The notes under the pieces: model-generated
What the model was told of the DNA's origin: nothing
Databases searched by the model: none
Seen by the model: the letters and a program-made list of their open reading frames with translations, nothing else
Part shown: positions 1 to 9,151 of the stretch, piece after piece
Position numbering within the stretch: position 1 is the first letter of the stretch
Layout of the letters: every line of letters begins with the position of its first letter
NCBI GenBank assembly: GCA_023818885.1
Contig: JAMWDD010000002.1
Span: 1 to 34,487 of the forward strand
From: Candidatus Omnitrophota bacterium
GTDB lineage: Bacteria > Omnitrophota > Gorgyraeia > Gygaellales > JAMWDD01
Length of the DNA: 34,487 bases
Direction of reading: 5' to 3'
Position numbers and translations under genes: made by a program

Positions 1-900
1 CACATTACCGATATGTCTTGGTCTAAAATAAGTCATCCGTCAGAAATAGTGGCGATTGGCGATAAGATTGATGTTATGGTACTTAATATTGATAAAGAAG
101 CCGGTAAGATATCGTTGGGTCTAAAACAGAGATTTCCCGATCCCTGGTTAGAGATCGAGACAAAATATCCCATCGGGACAAAAACGAAAGGCAAAATTGT
201 AAATATCCTGCCTTACGGTGTATTTGTAGAACTTGAAAAAGGTGTGGAGGGTTTAGTGCATATTTCTGAGATATCATGGGCAAAAAGAATTACCAACCCT
301 CAGGAAATATTTGCCATTGGCGATATGGTTGAAGTCCAGGTTTTAAATATTGATAAAGAAGCGCGCAGGATTTCCCTGAGTATAAAACAATTAGAATCTA
401 ATCCATGGCTTAATATTGAATCTAAATATCCCGTGGGTTCTAAAGTGCAAGGTAAGGTAAAGGGTTTTACCGATTACGGCGCCTTCATTGAATTGGATTC
501 AAATATAGAAGGAATGATCCATATCTCCGATTTCTCTTGGACCAAGAGGATTAATCATCCCCAAGATGTTTTAAAGAAGGGTCAGAAAGTAGAGGTGATG
601 GTTTTGTCTATTGATACGGCAGCCCAGCGGATATCTTTGGGCTTAAAACAACTTACGCCCAATCCTTGGCCGGAGATAGCCAAAAAATATCCTTTGGATA
701 TGGTTTTAGAAGCAGAAGTGGTGAGTATTACTGATTTTGGCGTTTTTGTGAAGTTGGAAGAAGATTTAGAAGGATTGGTTTTTATAAATGAGATTGATAA
801 GGAACAGTTATCCAAATTAAAGCCGCAGGATAAACTAAAAGTCAAGGTCATAAAAGTGGATGTGGAACAGGCAAAGATCGGTTTATCCGCAAAGATATAA
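1..900 (+). CDS. rpsA: 30S ribosomal protein S1, C-terminal portion (5' end lies upstream of the window)
   Basis: Frame 1 is open from nt 1 (HITDMSW...), so the ATG at 13 is internal. One partial plus three complete S1/OB repeats, each with G.V..(Y/F)G(A/V)F(V/I).L...EG(L/M)(V/I)(H/F)I(S/N) and ...VL(N/S)IDKE...ISL(G/S)(L/I)KQ. Stop TAA at 898-900. Confidence 0.9.
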   Translation, partial: HITDMSWSKISHPSEIVAIGDKIDVMVLNIDKEAGKISLGLKQRFPDPWLEIETKYPIGTKTKGKIVNILPYGVFVELEKGVEGLVHISEISWAKRITNPQEIFAIGDMVEVQVLNIDKEARRISLSIKQLESNPWLNIESKYPVGSKVQGKVKGFTDYGAFIELDSNIEGMIHISDFSWTKRINHPQDVLKKGQKVEVMVLSIDTAAQRISLGLKQLTPNPWPEIAKKYPLDMVLEAEVVSITDFGVFVKLEEDLEGLVFINEIDKEQLSKLKPQDKLKVKVIKVDVEQAKIGLSAKI

Positions 901-903
901 AAG

Positions 904-2076
904 ATGAAGACGCTTGGTGAACAATTAAAGATAATTAAAAGAGGGACGGTAGAGATAATTTCTGAAGAGGAGTTGACAAAGAAATTAGAGCGTAGCATAA
1001 GAGAGAGAAAGCCTTTAATCGTAAAAGCAGGTTTTGATCCTACCGCCGCGGACTTACATCTTGGCCATACAGTTTTGTTAAGGAAATTGAAACAATTCCA
1101 GGACCTAGGCCATAAAGTAATTTTTCTTATCGGTGATTTTACTGCGAGAATAGGCGATCCGAGCGGTAGGTCAGAAACAAGAAAACAAATGACCAAAGAA
1201 GAAGTTCTAAAGAATGCCCTGACCTATAAAAAACAGATAGGGAAAATTCTTAATTTAAGGGGTCTTAAAATTATATTCAATAGCAAATGGTTTGATAAAA
1301 TGTCTGGTCTTAAATTTGGAGAATTGTTTACCCATTATACTGCTACTAGGTTATTAGAGCGTGATGACTTTGCTAAAAGGATTGCAGAGAAAAAACCTAT
1401 ATATATGTCAGAATTTATGTATCCACTTTTACAGGGTTACGATTCAGTAATGTTAAATGCAGACATAGAACTAGGAGGGACAGACCAGATTTTTAATCTT
1501 CTGGTGGGAAGGGACCTGCAGAGGGATTTTGGTCAGGAACCGCAGGTAGTTATCACGATGCCACTATTGGAAGGGACGGATGGAGTTCAGAAGATGAGCA
1601 AATCTTTTGGAAACTATATCGGTATTAATGAACCGGCCGATGAAATGTTTGGCAAACTTATGTCCATCTCGGATGAATTGATGCTTAAGTATTTTGAACT
1701 GCTTACGGATGAAGAAATGAGCGAGATTAAAGCCCTGCATCCCAAGGAGGCAAAGATAAGATTGGCCAAGATTATTGTTGCGCAATATCATGGTCTGTTG
1801 CAGGCAGAAAAAGCACAGAGAGAATTTGAGCGCATTTTTACCAAAAGGGAATTACCCAGCGATATCGCAATCTTTACTTTGAAAGAAAAAAAATCAATTT
1901 TGGAGATTATGCTTCAGGCGGGTCTTTCCAAAACGGGAAATGAGGCCAGGAGATTGATAAAGCAAGGAGCAGTTACTTTTGATAATAAAAAAATAGATAA
2001 TGAAAAAACACTTATCGATAAAAATGGAGTTTTAAAAATCGGTACGCGGCGTTTTTTAAAAATTGAATATAAATGA
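904..2076 (+). CDS. tyrS: tyrosine--tRNA ligase with C-terminal S4-like domain
   Basis: HIGH-class motif as [16 protein letters not shown] is present verbatim ([12 protein letters not shown]). C-terminal S4-type RNA-binding segment ([20 protein letters not shown]). 390 aa; ATG lies 4 nt after the rpsA stop. Confidence 0.92.
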   Translation: MKTLGEQLKIIKRGTVEIISEEELTKKLERSIRERKPLIVKAGFDPTAADLHLGHTVLLRKLKQFQDLGHKVIFLIGDFTARIGDPSGRSETRKQMTKEEVLKNALTYKKQIGKILNLRGLKIIFNSKWFDKMSGLKFGELFTHYTATRLLERDDFAKRIAEKKPIYMSEFMYPLLQGYDSVMLNADIELGGTDQIFNLLVGRDLQRDFGQEPQVVITMPLLEGTDGVQKMSKSFGNYIGINEPADEMFGKLMSISDELMLKYFELLTDEEMSEIKALHPKEAKIRLAKIIVAQYHGLLQAEKAQREFERIFTKRELPSDIAIFTLKEKKSILEIMLQAGLSKTGNEARRLIKQGAVTFDNKKIDNEKTLIDKNGVLKIGTRRFLKIEYK

Positions 2077-3323
2077 TATTTAAAAAAAACAGAGGGTTAG
2101 ACCGCTTTACCAAAGATATATTATTTGTTTTTTCAGGTGCGACATTTGCTAATCTTTGTAATTTATTATATCAGTTATTCATCGTGCGTAAATTCTCTCC
2201 TTCCGAATTCGCGATATTTAATACTTTGATTTCTATAATTACGTTATTTTCTACTCCTGCCGCAACGCTTACACAGGCAGTTACCAGATTCGTTGCCAAA
2301 TTTAATGCCCATCGCCAGCCAGAAAAAATTTGCCTTTTAATTGCCAAATTTTCAAAATTAACTTTTATATTCGGGATTAGCTTATTTTTAATCTTTTGTA
2401 TTTTTAATTCGGCTTTTATGCGCCTGTTAAAAATTTCCGATAGCGTTTCTATATTTATTATGTCGGGGATAATTCTTTTGTTATGGATTATCCCGGTTTA
2501 CTCAGGGTCTATGCAAGGTTTAGAAAGATTTGGTTGGTTTACCGCATTATCAATATCTAATGGAATCTTAAAATTATCCTTTGTAATTATTTTTGTGTTA
2601 GTTGGCTGGGGAGTGGCAGGGGCGTTAGGTGCGTTTCTGGTAAGTTCGTTGAGTGCAATTTTGATCGGTTTTTTTTCGCTTAAAGATTACATCTTTAAAA
2701 AAATCAGAGGTAGATTCATTGAGTTTGGAGAAACCATCCACTATATCCTGCCGGTAGCGAGCACGTGGTTTTGTTTTAATACCTTAGTAAACCTTGATAT
2801 GGTCTTGGTTAAGTATTATTTTAGTCCGGTTGATGCGGGTTATTATTCTATCGCCCAGATGGTAGGAAAGATTTTTTTATTTTTACCCGGTCCAATTAGT
2901 ATTGTAATGTTTCCTAAAACTGCGGGTCTAAATGCTAAACAGCAAGACACCGGCCTAATTTTAAGAAAATCGGTTCTTTTAGGATGTATTCTGTGTATAG
3001 CGGCGATAGCAATATACAATTTATTCCCTGCATTTTGCCTGCGTCTGCTCACCACAAAGACCATTAATGTAAGTATTACTTTGGGTCGGCTCTTCAGTAT
3101 ATCGATGAGTTTATATGCGCTAATTTTTATTTTGTTTTCTTACCATTTATCGATTGGCGATTTTAGATTCTTAAAATCATTGATTTTATTTACCTTAGCC
3201 CAGTTTATGGCCATCGCCCTATTTCATCGCAATCTTTTTATCGTGCAAATCGTTATATGTATAAATGCCTTATTTTTATTTTTAATTAATTTAAAACTTA
3301 GTTTTCAGGAGGCAATTGCTTAA
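2073..3323 (+). CDS. polysaccharide flippase-like polytopic membrane protein (MOP/Wzx-like)
   Basis: 416 aa, almost entirely hydrophobic helices (about 12). N-terminal segment [35 protein letters not shown] resembles Polysacc_synt-type flippases. ATGA overlap with the tyrS stop. Confidence 0.6.
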   Translation: MIFKKNRGLDRFTKDILFVFSGATFANLCNLLYQLFIVRKFSPSEFAIFNTLISIITLFSTPAATLTQAVTRFVAKFNAHRQPEKICLLIAKFSKLTFIFGISLFLIFCIFNSAFMRLLKISDSVSIFIMSGIILLLWIIPVYSGSMQGLERFGWFTALSISNGILKLSFVIIFVLVGWGVAGALGAFLVSSLSAILIGFFSLKDYIFKKIRGRFIEFGETIHYILPVASTWFCFNTLVNLDMVLVKYYFSPVDAGYYSIAQMVGKIFLFLPGPISIVMFPKTAGLNAKQQDTGLILRKSVLLGCILCIAAIAIYNLFPAFCLRLLTTKTINVSITLGRLFSISMSLYALIFILFSYHLSIGDFRFLKSLILFTLAQFMAIALFHRNLFIVQIVICINALFLFLINLKLSFQEAIA

Positions 3324-3325
3324 TT

Positions 3326-4078
3326 ATGAATATTAACTCAAAGGTCTCAGTAATTATCCCCGCCTATAATGAGGCAGACCATATTGAATACAGTATAGAA
3401 GAGACCATGAAGACATTTAAAGATTTAGGTTTTGATTTTGAAATCATTGTTGTAGACGATGGTTCTACCGATGGCACTTTGGATAAAATCTGCGAAATTG
3501 CAAAAAAATACAATAATCTAATTGTAAAACAGAATAGATTAAATCATGGCAAAGGTCGGGCACTTAAGTTTGGTTTTCGTTTTGCCAGCGGTGGTTACAT
3601 TGTATTTCTTGATGCCGATATGGATTTACATCCTGCGCAAATCTCTACTTTCTTTGACATTATGGAATTAGATAAGGCAGATGTAGTCATTGGCTCAAAA
3701 AGACATCCTAACTCAGTACTAAATTATCCTTTGCAAAGAAAAATAATCTCCAGTGTATATTTTTTCTTGGTGAAATGGCTATTTGGACTACCAATAAAGG
3801 ATACCCAGACCGGCCTAAAACTTTTTAAATACGAAGTATTAGAAAAGATTTTTCCTAAGATTTTAGTTAAGAAATTCGCTTTTGATTTAGAAATTTTAGC
3901 AAATGCCCACCGTCTTGGTTACAAAATTGCTGAGGCCCCCGTTGTATTAAACTCGCAAAGACCAATGGGCCGTATCGGATTAAGGGCGATTTATACTACC
4001 TGGATAGATACCTTAGCAATTTGGTACAGGATGTATATCTTAAAATATTATGACTGTATCCATAATAATAACCTGTAA
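3326..4078 (+). CDS. GT2 glycosyltransferase, DPM1/ALG5-like (polyprenyl-phosphate hexosyltransferase type)
   Basis: VSVIIPAYNEADHIE, VVDDGSTDGT, DxD as LDADMD, then GSKRHP and IKDTQTGLKLF. 250 aa with no TM segment. Confidence 0.8.
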   Translation: MNINSKVSVIIPAYNEADHIEYSIEETMKTFKDLGFDFEIIVVDDGSTDGTLDKICEIAKKYNNLIVKQNRLNHGKGRALKFGFRFASGGYIVFLDADMDLHPAQISTFFDIMELDKADVVIGSKRHPNSVLNYPLQRKIISSVYFFLVKWLFGLPIKDTQTGLKLFKYEVLEKIFPKILVKKFAFDLEILANAHRLGYKIAEAPVVLNSQRPMGRIGLRAIYTTWIDTLAIWYRMYILKYYDCIHNNNL

Positions 4079-5012
4079 AAATTTTAATAAAAATTTAGAA
4101 GAGTGTATTTCTAAATGCAAGGAATTAAACTATCCCGATTTTGAAATTATTGTCCTTCCTGATAAAAATTTCTACTTTAACAGTTCGAATTTAAAAATTG
4201 TGCCTACGGGTAGTGTTTTACCGGCAAAAAAAAGAGATTTAGCGCTCAAATATGTAAAGGGTGATATCCTTGCTTTTTTAGACGACGATGCCTATCCGGA
4301 TAGGGATTGGTTGCTTAATGCAGTAAGACATTTTCAGCAACCGGATATCGCTGCGGTCTGTGGTCCGGCAATAACGCCGGTGGATGACCATATTTTACAG
4401 AAGGCAGGTGGTAGCGTCTATGCATCTTGGTTAAGTAGCGGCCAAAACACCAATCGCTATACTCCTAAATCTTTAACTTATGTTGACGATTTTCCATCCT
4501 GCAATTTTATTATACGCCGGGATATCTTTGAAAGAATAGGCGGGTTTGATACTTCTTTTTGGCCGGGAGAAGACACTATCCTTTGTTTAAAGATTAAACA
4601 AATAAAGAAAAAGATTTTATATGACCCAAAAGTGTTGGCATTTCATCATCGTCGGCCTTTATTTAAAGAACATCTTAAACAAGTATCTAATTATGCTTTG
4701 CATCGCGGTTATTTTGTAAAGCGTTTTCCTGAGAATTCTCGCCGTTTTACTTATTTTATCCCCAGTATTTTTGTCTTCGGCTTAATTTTGGGAGCGATTT
4801 TGAGTTTATTTAATCCCTTTATTAGAAATCTATATATGGAAATACTTTTATTTTATTTACTCTGTGTTTTTTTATTCAGTATAAATAAAGATTTAAGAAT
4901 TATTCCCTTGGTTTTTATGGGAATAATCTTAACCCATTTTGCTTATGGAATAAATTTTTTCAGAGGGCTTTTATCTCCCCGATTAAAAGAAGAAGATGAA
5001 GATTATAATTAG
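4050..5012 (+). CDS. GT2 glycosyltransferase with C-terminal membrane anchor
   Basis: VSIIITCKNF start, DxD as FLDDDAYPD, FWPGEDT, FHHRRP. The last ~90 aa are hydrophobic (FIPSIFVFGLILGAILSLF..., LLFYLLCVFLF, IIPLVFMGIILTHF). Confidence 0.75.
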   Translation: MTVSIIITCKNFNKNLEECISKCKELNYPDFEIIVLPDKNFYFNSSNLKIVPTGSVLPAKKRDLALKYVKGDILAFLDDDAYPDRDWLLNAVRHFQQPDIAAVCGPAITPVDDHILQKAGGSVYASWLSSGQNTNRYTPKSLTYVDDFPSCNFIIRRDIFERIGGFDTSFWPGEDTILCLKIKQIKKKILYDPKVLAFHHRRPLFKEHLKQVSNYALHRGYFVKRFPENSRRFTYFIPSIFVFGLILGAILSLFNPFIRNLYMEILLFYLLCVFLFSINKDLRIIPLVFMGIILTHFAYGINFFRGLLSPRLKEEDEDYN

Positions 5013-6462
5013 TTATCCGCCGATAGAAAGCACAAAAGGAACGCCGCTTTTATCACAAAATCGGCAGTTTCAGTATTTTAAAGAGCCGACCTATATTTAT
5101 CCGATTGTACCGGCAACCGCCGCAACTTTGCTTAAAAAAGCAGGATATCAAGTTATCTGGAATGATTGCATTGCCCAGGGGTGGAGTTATCAGGAATTTA
5201 TAAATTTTATCAAAGAAGAAAAACCAGATTTAATTGCCTTTGAAACCAAAACTCCGGTAGTAAAACAACACTGGAGGGTTATTGATGATTTGAAAAAACT
5301 GACGACTGATAAATGGAGGCCACTTACTGTTTTATTCGGCGACCATGTTTCTGCTTTGCCTGAAGAATCATTCCAAAATAGTAAGGTAGATTTTGTATTA
5401 ACGGGAGGAGATTATGATTTTCTCCTCTTAAATCTATGCCATGCGCTTTCTAAACACAAATTATCCTTTAATGATACAGAGCCCGGCATTTACTATCGTG
5501 AAAATGGCCAGGTAAAAAATACAGGTCAATTTAAGTTAAATCATGATTTAAATTCTCTGCCTTTTATTGAGCGCGAATTAACGCACTGGCAACTCTATGC
5601 CTATAAAAATGGTAATTATAAATTAACTCCCGGAACTTATATTATGAGTGGAAGAGATTGCTGGTGGCATAGATGTACCTTTTGTTCTTGGCCCTTGCTT
5701 TATCCTGAATTTAGAGTAAGAAAGGTAGACAATGTTTTAGATGAAATAGGGATTCTTATTGAGAAATATCATATCAGAGAAATTATGGATGATACCGGGA
5801 CTTTTCCGGTAGGGGATTGGTTAAGGGATTTTTGTTCGGGAGTGATTAAGCGCGAATACAATAAAAAAATTTATTTAGATTGCAATATGCGTTTCGGCGC
5901 TTTGAATCAAGAAGAATACAAGTTAATGAAAAAGGCGAATTTCCGACTCATCCTTTTTGGCCTGGAATCGGCCAATCAAAAGACATTGAATAGGATAAAC
6001 AAAAATCTAAAAGTTGAAGAGATTATTGAATCTTGTAAGGCCGCCAGGTGCGCGGGTCTTTTTCCCCATATTACCATTATGTTTGGTTACCCCTGGGAAA
6101 GTTACGAAGAGGCATTGAATACGTGGAAATTAGGTAAGTGGCTACTTCAGAAAGGGTATGCCCATACTATGCAGGCGACTGTGGTTATTCCTTATCCGGG
6201 AAGCCCATTATTTGAAGAATGCGCAAGCAAGAAATTATTAAAAACTCTTAACTGGGAAGATTACGATATGAAGCATTTAGTGATGCGAACGGAAGTTCCC
6301 GAAGAAAAAATTATGTCTCTGGTACAAAGTATGTATAAAGTTTCTTTCAGTCCAGAATTTGTTATACGTAAACTCTTATCTCTGCGCGATAAGGAGGATT
6401 TAAAATATTCAATACGTGCCGCAAAAAAAGTGATGGGACATATATTTGATTTTAGCAAATGA
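4996..6462 (+). CDS. B12-binding-domain radical SAM protein
   Basis: N-terminal Rossmann-like cobalamin-domain pattern (PDLIAFETKTP...VLFGDHVSALPE...DFVLTGGDYDF). Cys triad RDCWWHRCTFCSW is C222-x4-C227-x2-C230 (nt 5659-5685). Radical-SAM core follows (RLILFGLESANQKTLNRINK). 488 aa. Confidence 0.75.
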   Translation: MKIIISYPPIESTKGTPLLSQNRQFQYFKEPTYIYPIVPATAATLLKKAGYQVIWNDCIAQGWSYQEFINFIKEEKPDLIAFETKTPVVKQHWRVIDDLKKLTTDKWRPLTVLFGDHVSALPEESFQNSKVDFVLTGGDYDFLLLNLCHALSKHKLSFNDTEPGIYYRENGQVKNTGQFKLNHDLNSLPFIERELTHWQLYAYKNGNYKLTPGTYIMSGRDCWWHRCTFCSWPLLYPEFRVRKVDNVLDEIGILIEKYHIREIMDDTGTFPVGDWLRDFCSGVIKREYNKKIYLDCNMRFGALNQEEYKLMKKANFRLILFGLESANQKTLNRINKNLKVEEIIESCKAARCAGLFPHITIMFGYPWESYEEALNTWKLGKWLLQKGYAHTMQATVVIPYPGSPLFEECASKKLLKTLNWEDYDMKHLVMRTEVPEEKIMSLVQSMYKVSFSPEFVIRKLLSLRDKEDLKYSIRAAKKVMGHIFDFSK

Positions 6463-7448
6463 GAGAAAAAATTATTTATACCCTTGATAATTCAAACCGC
6501 TTAATAATTAAGCGAAAAGGAAAAACAATTATCCCTGACGGCAGATTTGGGATGGAGGAAAATCGGCTTTTTTTCTGGCTAAATGAACCACCTGCCCTTA
6601 GAAGACAATATCGTCTCCCCAGAAGGATAAATCTTGATGGTAGATGGCGACTTAATGACGAGCGCGAGCTGGAGATTGTTTCAGATAAATATGCGGATGG
6701 TCGGCTTATCCTTAAAATAAATATTATCAGCGCAAGTCACGATGCATTGATATTTGGGGTAAATCAGATTGATAACCAAGGTCAAAGCCACTTACGTATT
6801 TTAAAACTCTCTGGTAGTTGGAGGTCTGATGCATATAATCGGATTAATTTTATTGTTGAAAAAAAGGTCTTATCCGACACGCTTATTTTTAAAAGTGAAT
6901 GGCAGATAAATAAGAACCAGCAGATTGTCTATCTTTATGAGACAGCCGACCTTAAAACTAAAGCCAAAATAAAAAATTCTTTGATCTTTGAAGGGTTCTG
7001 GCAGATAAATTCTAATAACCGCCTTACCTATATCTTTGAGCAGAGTAGAAAATCAAGGTTTGATTTTCGGGTTCAGTTGGAGACGCCAAATATCTATCCT
7101 CAAAAAGGAGTAATCAAATATCGTGTTGGCATAGGTGCCAGAAAAGAAAGAATAAAAAAAGTTATCTATCTTTATGGCGAATGGAAATTCAGTCGAAAAC
7201 TGGGTTTGATTTTTCAGATGGATTATGGCAAGGGGAAGATAATGAATATTAATTTCAGCGCTGTCGTGCATTTTAAAAAAGAAAATGAAATTGTCTTTTC
7301 TTTAATAAATAAAATAAACGAACCTTTAGGTATAAATGTTATCTTTACGCATAGATTTTTGAAAATGTTAGATGCCGAAACTTTTTTAAGAATTAAGAGA
7401 ACGCAGAGAGAATCTGGTCTTGAGGCAGGACTAAGAATTCCATTTTAG
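6459..7448 (+). CDS. hypothetical all-beta repeat protein (no family recognised)
   Basis: 329-aa ORF with an ATGA overlap on the radical-SAM stop. Recurrent hairpin motif (L/F).G.W.(I/L)N..N.(L/I).(Y/F)(I/L): LDGRWRLNDERELEIV, LSGSWRSDAYNRINFIV, FKSEWQINKNQQIVYLY, FEGFWQINSNNRLTYIF, LYGEWKFSRKLGLIFQM. About 16 short amphipathic strands. No N-terminal hydrophobic segment. Ends ...LEAGLRIPF. Confidence 0.6.
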   Translation: MREKIIYTLDNSNRLIIKRKGKTIIPDGRFGMEENRLFFWLNEPPALRRQYRLPRRINLDGRWRLNDERELEIVSDKYADGRLILKINIISASHDALIFGVNQIDNQGQSHLRILKLSGSWRSDAYNRINFIVEKKVLSDTLIFKSEWQINKNQQIVYLYETADLKTKAKIKNSLIFEGFWQINSNNRLTYIFEQSRKSRFDFRVQLETPNIYPQKGVIKYRVGIGARKERIKKVIYLYGEWKFSRKLGLIFQMDYGKGKIMNINFSAVVHFKKENEIVFSLINKINEPLGINVIFTHRFLKMLDAETFLRIKRTQRESGLEAGLRIPF

Positions 7449-7452
7449 ATAA

Positions 7453-7459
7453 AAGGGAG
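7453..7459 (+). promoter_or_regulatory. Shine-Dalgarno-like site for rmlA
   Basis: AAGGGAG lies 5 nt before the ATG at 7465 and 8 nt before the ATG at 7468. Confidence 0.5.
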
Positions 7460-7464
7460 TATAT

Positions 7465-8337
7465 ATGATGAAGGGGATAATTTTAGCCGGCGGAAAAGCC
7501 ACAAGATTGTATCCTATTACCAAGGGAGTTTGCAAGCAACTATTGCCCATTTATGATAAGCCGATGATTTATTATCCCCTTTCTGTACTGATGCTTGCGG
7601 GAATCAGAGATATTCTTATTATTTCTACGCCGCACGATATACCTCGTTTTAAAGAATTATTGGGTAGCGGTAGACAGTTAGGAATGAACTTTTCTTACGC
7701 AGTTCAGCAGGAACCCCGCGGAATCGCCGAGGCAATTCTAATTGGGGAAGAATTTATTGCGAATGATAATGTCTCGCTTATTTTAGGCGACAATATATTT
7801 TATGGCCATAATTTAACTGAACTCTTAAAAGAGGCAGCAAATTTAAAGAAGGGAGCGCTTATTTTTGGTTATTATGTAAATGAACCGCAAAGTTATGGCG
7901 TTATTGAATTTGACAAAAATAATAAAGTAATTTCTATTAAAGAAAAACCTAAAAAACCAAAATCTAACTGGGTAGTTTGCGGCCTTTATTTTTATGATAA
8001 AGACGCAGTTAAGTTAGCCAAGAGATTAAGGCCTTCTAAGAGAGGAGAGTTGGAAATTACGGATTTAAATAATGAATATTTGAAGAGAAGTGCACTTAAG
8101 GTAAAGTTACTTGGCCGCGGCTATGCCTGGCTTGATACTGGAACTTATGATTCTTTGATTGAGGCCTCAATGTTTATCAAGACCATCGAAGAGAGGCAAG
8201 GTTTAAAGATTGGTTGCATAGAAGAAATCGCCTACCGGCTAGGTTATATTAGCAGGAAAGAATTGGAGGTTTTATCTAAGGGTATGGATACAAGTTATGG
8301 CCATTATCTTAGAAGAATATTAGAAGATGAAAAGTGA
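7465..8337 (+). CDS. rfbA: glucose-1-phosphate thymidylyltransferase
   Basis: [64 protein letters not shown]. Tandem ATGs at 7465 and 7468, so the true start may be 7468. Confidence 0.93.
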   Translation: MMKGIILAGGKATRLYPITKGVCKQLLPIYDKPMIYYPLSVLMLAGIRDILIISTPHDIPRFKELLGSGRQLGMNFSYAVQQEPRGIAEAILIGEEFIANDNVSLILGDNIFYGHNLTELLKEAANLKKGALIFGYYVNEPQSYGVIEFDKNNKVISIKEKPKKPKSNWVVCGLYFYDKDAVKLAKRLRPSKRGELEITDLNNEYLKRSALKVKLLGRGYAWLDTGTYDSLIEASMFIKTIEERQGLKIGCIEEIAYRLGYISRKELEVLSKGMDTSYGHYLRRILEDEK

Positions 8338-9151
8338 TATTCTCATTTTGGGCAAAGGTTTTATCGGTTCAAGAATCCAGGAGTTATTCGATTGCGCTAT
8401 TTCTGATGCAAAGATTTATTCCTTTAAAGATGTAGAGAAAGAAATCAAAAAGTTTAATCCTAAAATAATAATAAATTGTATCGGCCATATCGGGAAGAAC
8501 GTAGATGAATGCGAATTAGACAAAGATAAAACCTTAATGGCCAATACCTTTGTTCCGATTATTTTAGGCGAAGTTTGCCTGCGAAATAAAATCCGCCTTA
8601 TCCATATCTCAAGCGGTTGTATATATCATTTTGATTACAATAAAGATTTACCCCTTGATGAGAATACCCTGCCGGATTTTTTTGCGCTTTTTTATAGTCG
8701 TTCAAAGATTTACGCCGAGAGGGCATTAGAAATTCTATCTAAATCCTATCCTGTTCTAATTGTAAGGATAAGGGTACCTTTGGATAATCGGCCCAATCCA
8801 AGAAATATTCTTAACAAATTGATTAATTATAAGGATAGTATTGTAGATGTTCCGAACTCTGTTACTTATATCCCTGATTTTACAAAAGCGCTAAGGCACC
8901 TCATTGATATTAATGCGGTTGGTATCTATAATATCGTAAATAAAGGTGTTTTAAGATATCCTGAACTCTTAGATGTTTATAAAAAATATGTCCCGGATTT
9001 TGAATATAAGATTATAGATTATAAAAAATTGAATTTGATAAGGACCAATCTGATTTTATCGGTTAAGAAATTGGAAAGCACGGGATTTAAAATGAGAGAT
9101 ATTCATCAGGTATTGGAAGAATGCGTCAAAAGCTACCTAAAATACTCGTAA
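8327..9151 (+). CDS. NDP-4-keto-6-deoxyhexose reductase of the RmlD/NRS-ER group (possibly bifunctional 3,5-epimerase/4-reductase)
   Basis: [13 protein letters not shown] Rossmann start, [16 protein letters not shown] (YxxxK), [58 protein letters not shown]. It sits between rmlA and rmlB. Confidence 0.7.
   Translation: MKSDILILGKGFIGSRIQELFDCAISDAKIYSFKDVEKEIKKFNPKIIINCIGHIGKNVDECELDKDKTLMANTFVPIILGEVCLRNKIRLIHISSGCIYHFDYNKDLPLDENTLPDFFALFYSRSKIYAERALEILSKSYPVLIVRIRVPLDNRPNPRNILNKLINYKDSIVDVPNSVTYIPDFTKALRHLIDINAVGIYNIVNKGVLRYPELLDVYKKYVPDFEYKIIDYKKLNLIRTNLILSVKKLESTGFKMRDIHQVLEECVKSYLKYS

Noticed and set aside
582-1196. 204-aa minus-strand ORF; likewise 18595-19104 (169 aa), 28948-29637 (229 aa) and all the shorter minus-strand ORFs in the track.
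   Set aside because: Each lies entirely antisense to a plus-strand gene with strong family motifs (rpsA/tyrS, methyltransferase, GT9). Their translations are low-complexity and Ser/Leu/Phe/Lys-rich with no recognisable motifs. Long antisense ORFs are expected in AT-rich coding sequence.
2082-2089. A8 tracts at the 5' ends of the flippase gene (2082-2089) and the GT4 gene (10980-10987) were considered as possible slipped-strand phase-variation switches.
   Set aside because: A7-A8 runs occur throughout this AT/Lys-rich coding sequence (for example 1888-1895 and 4227-4234). They are short for contingency loci, and both genes are currently in frame. Nothing distinguishes these tracts from background.
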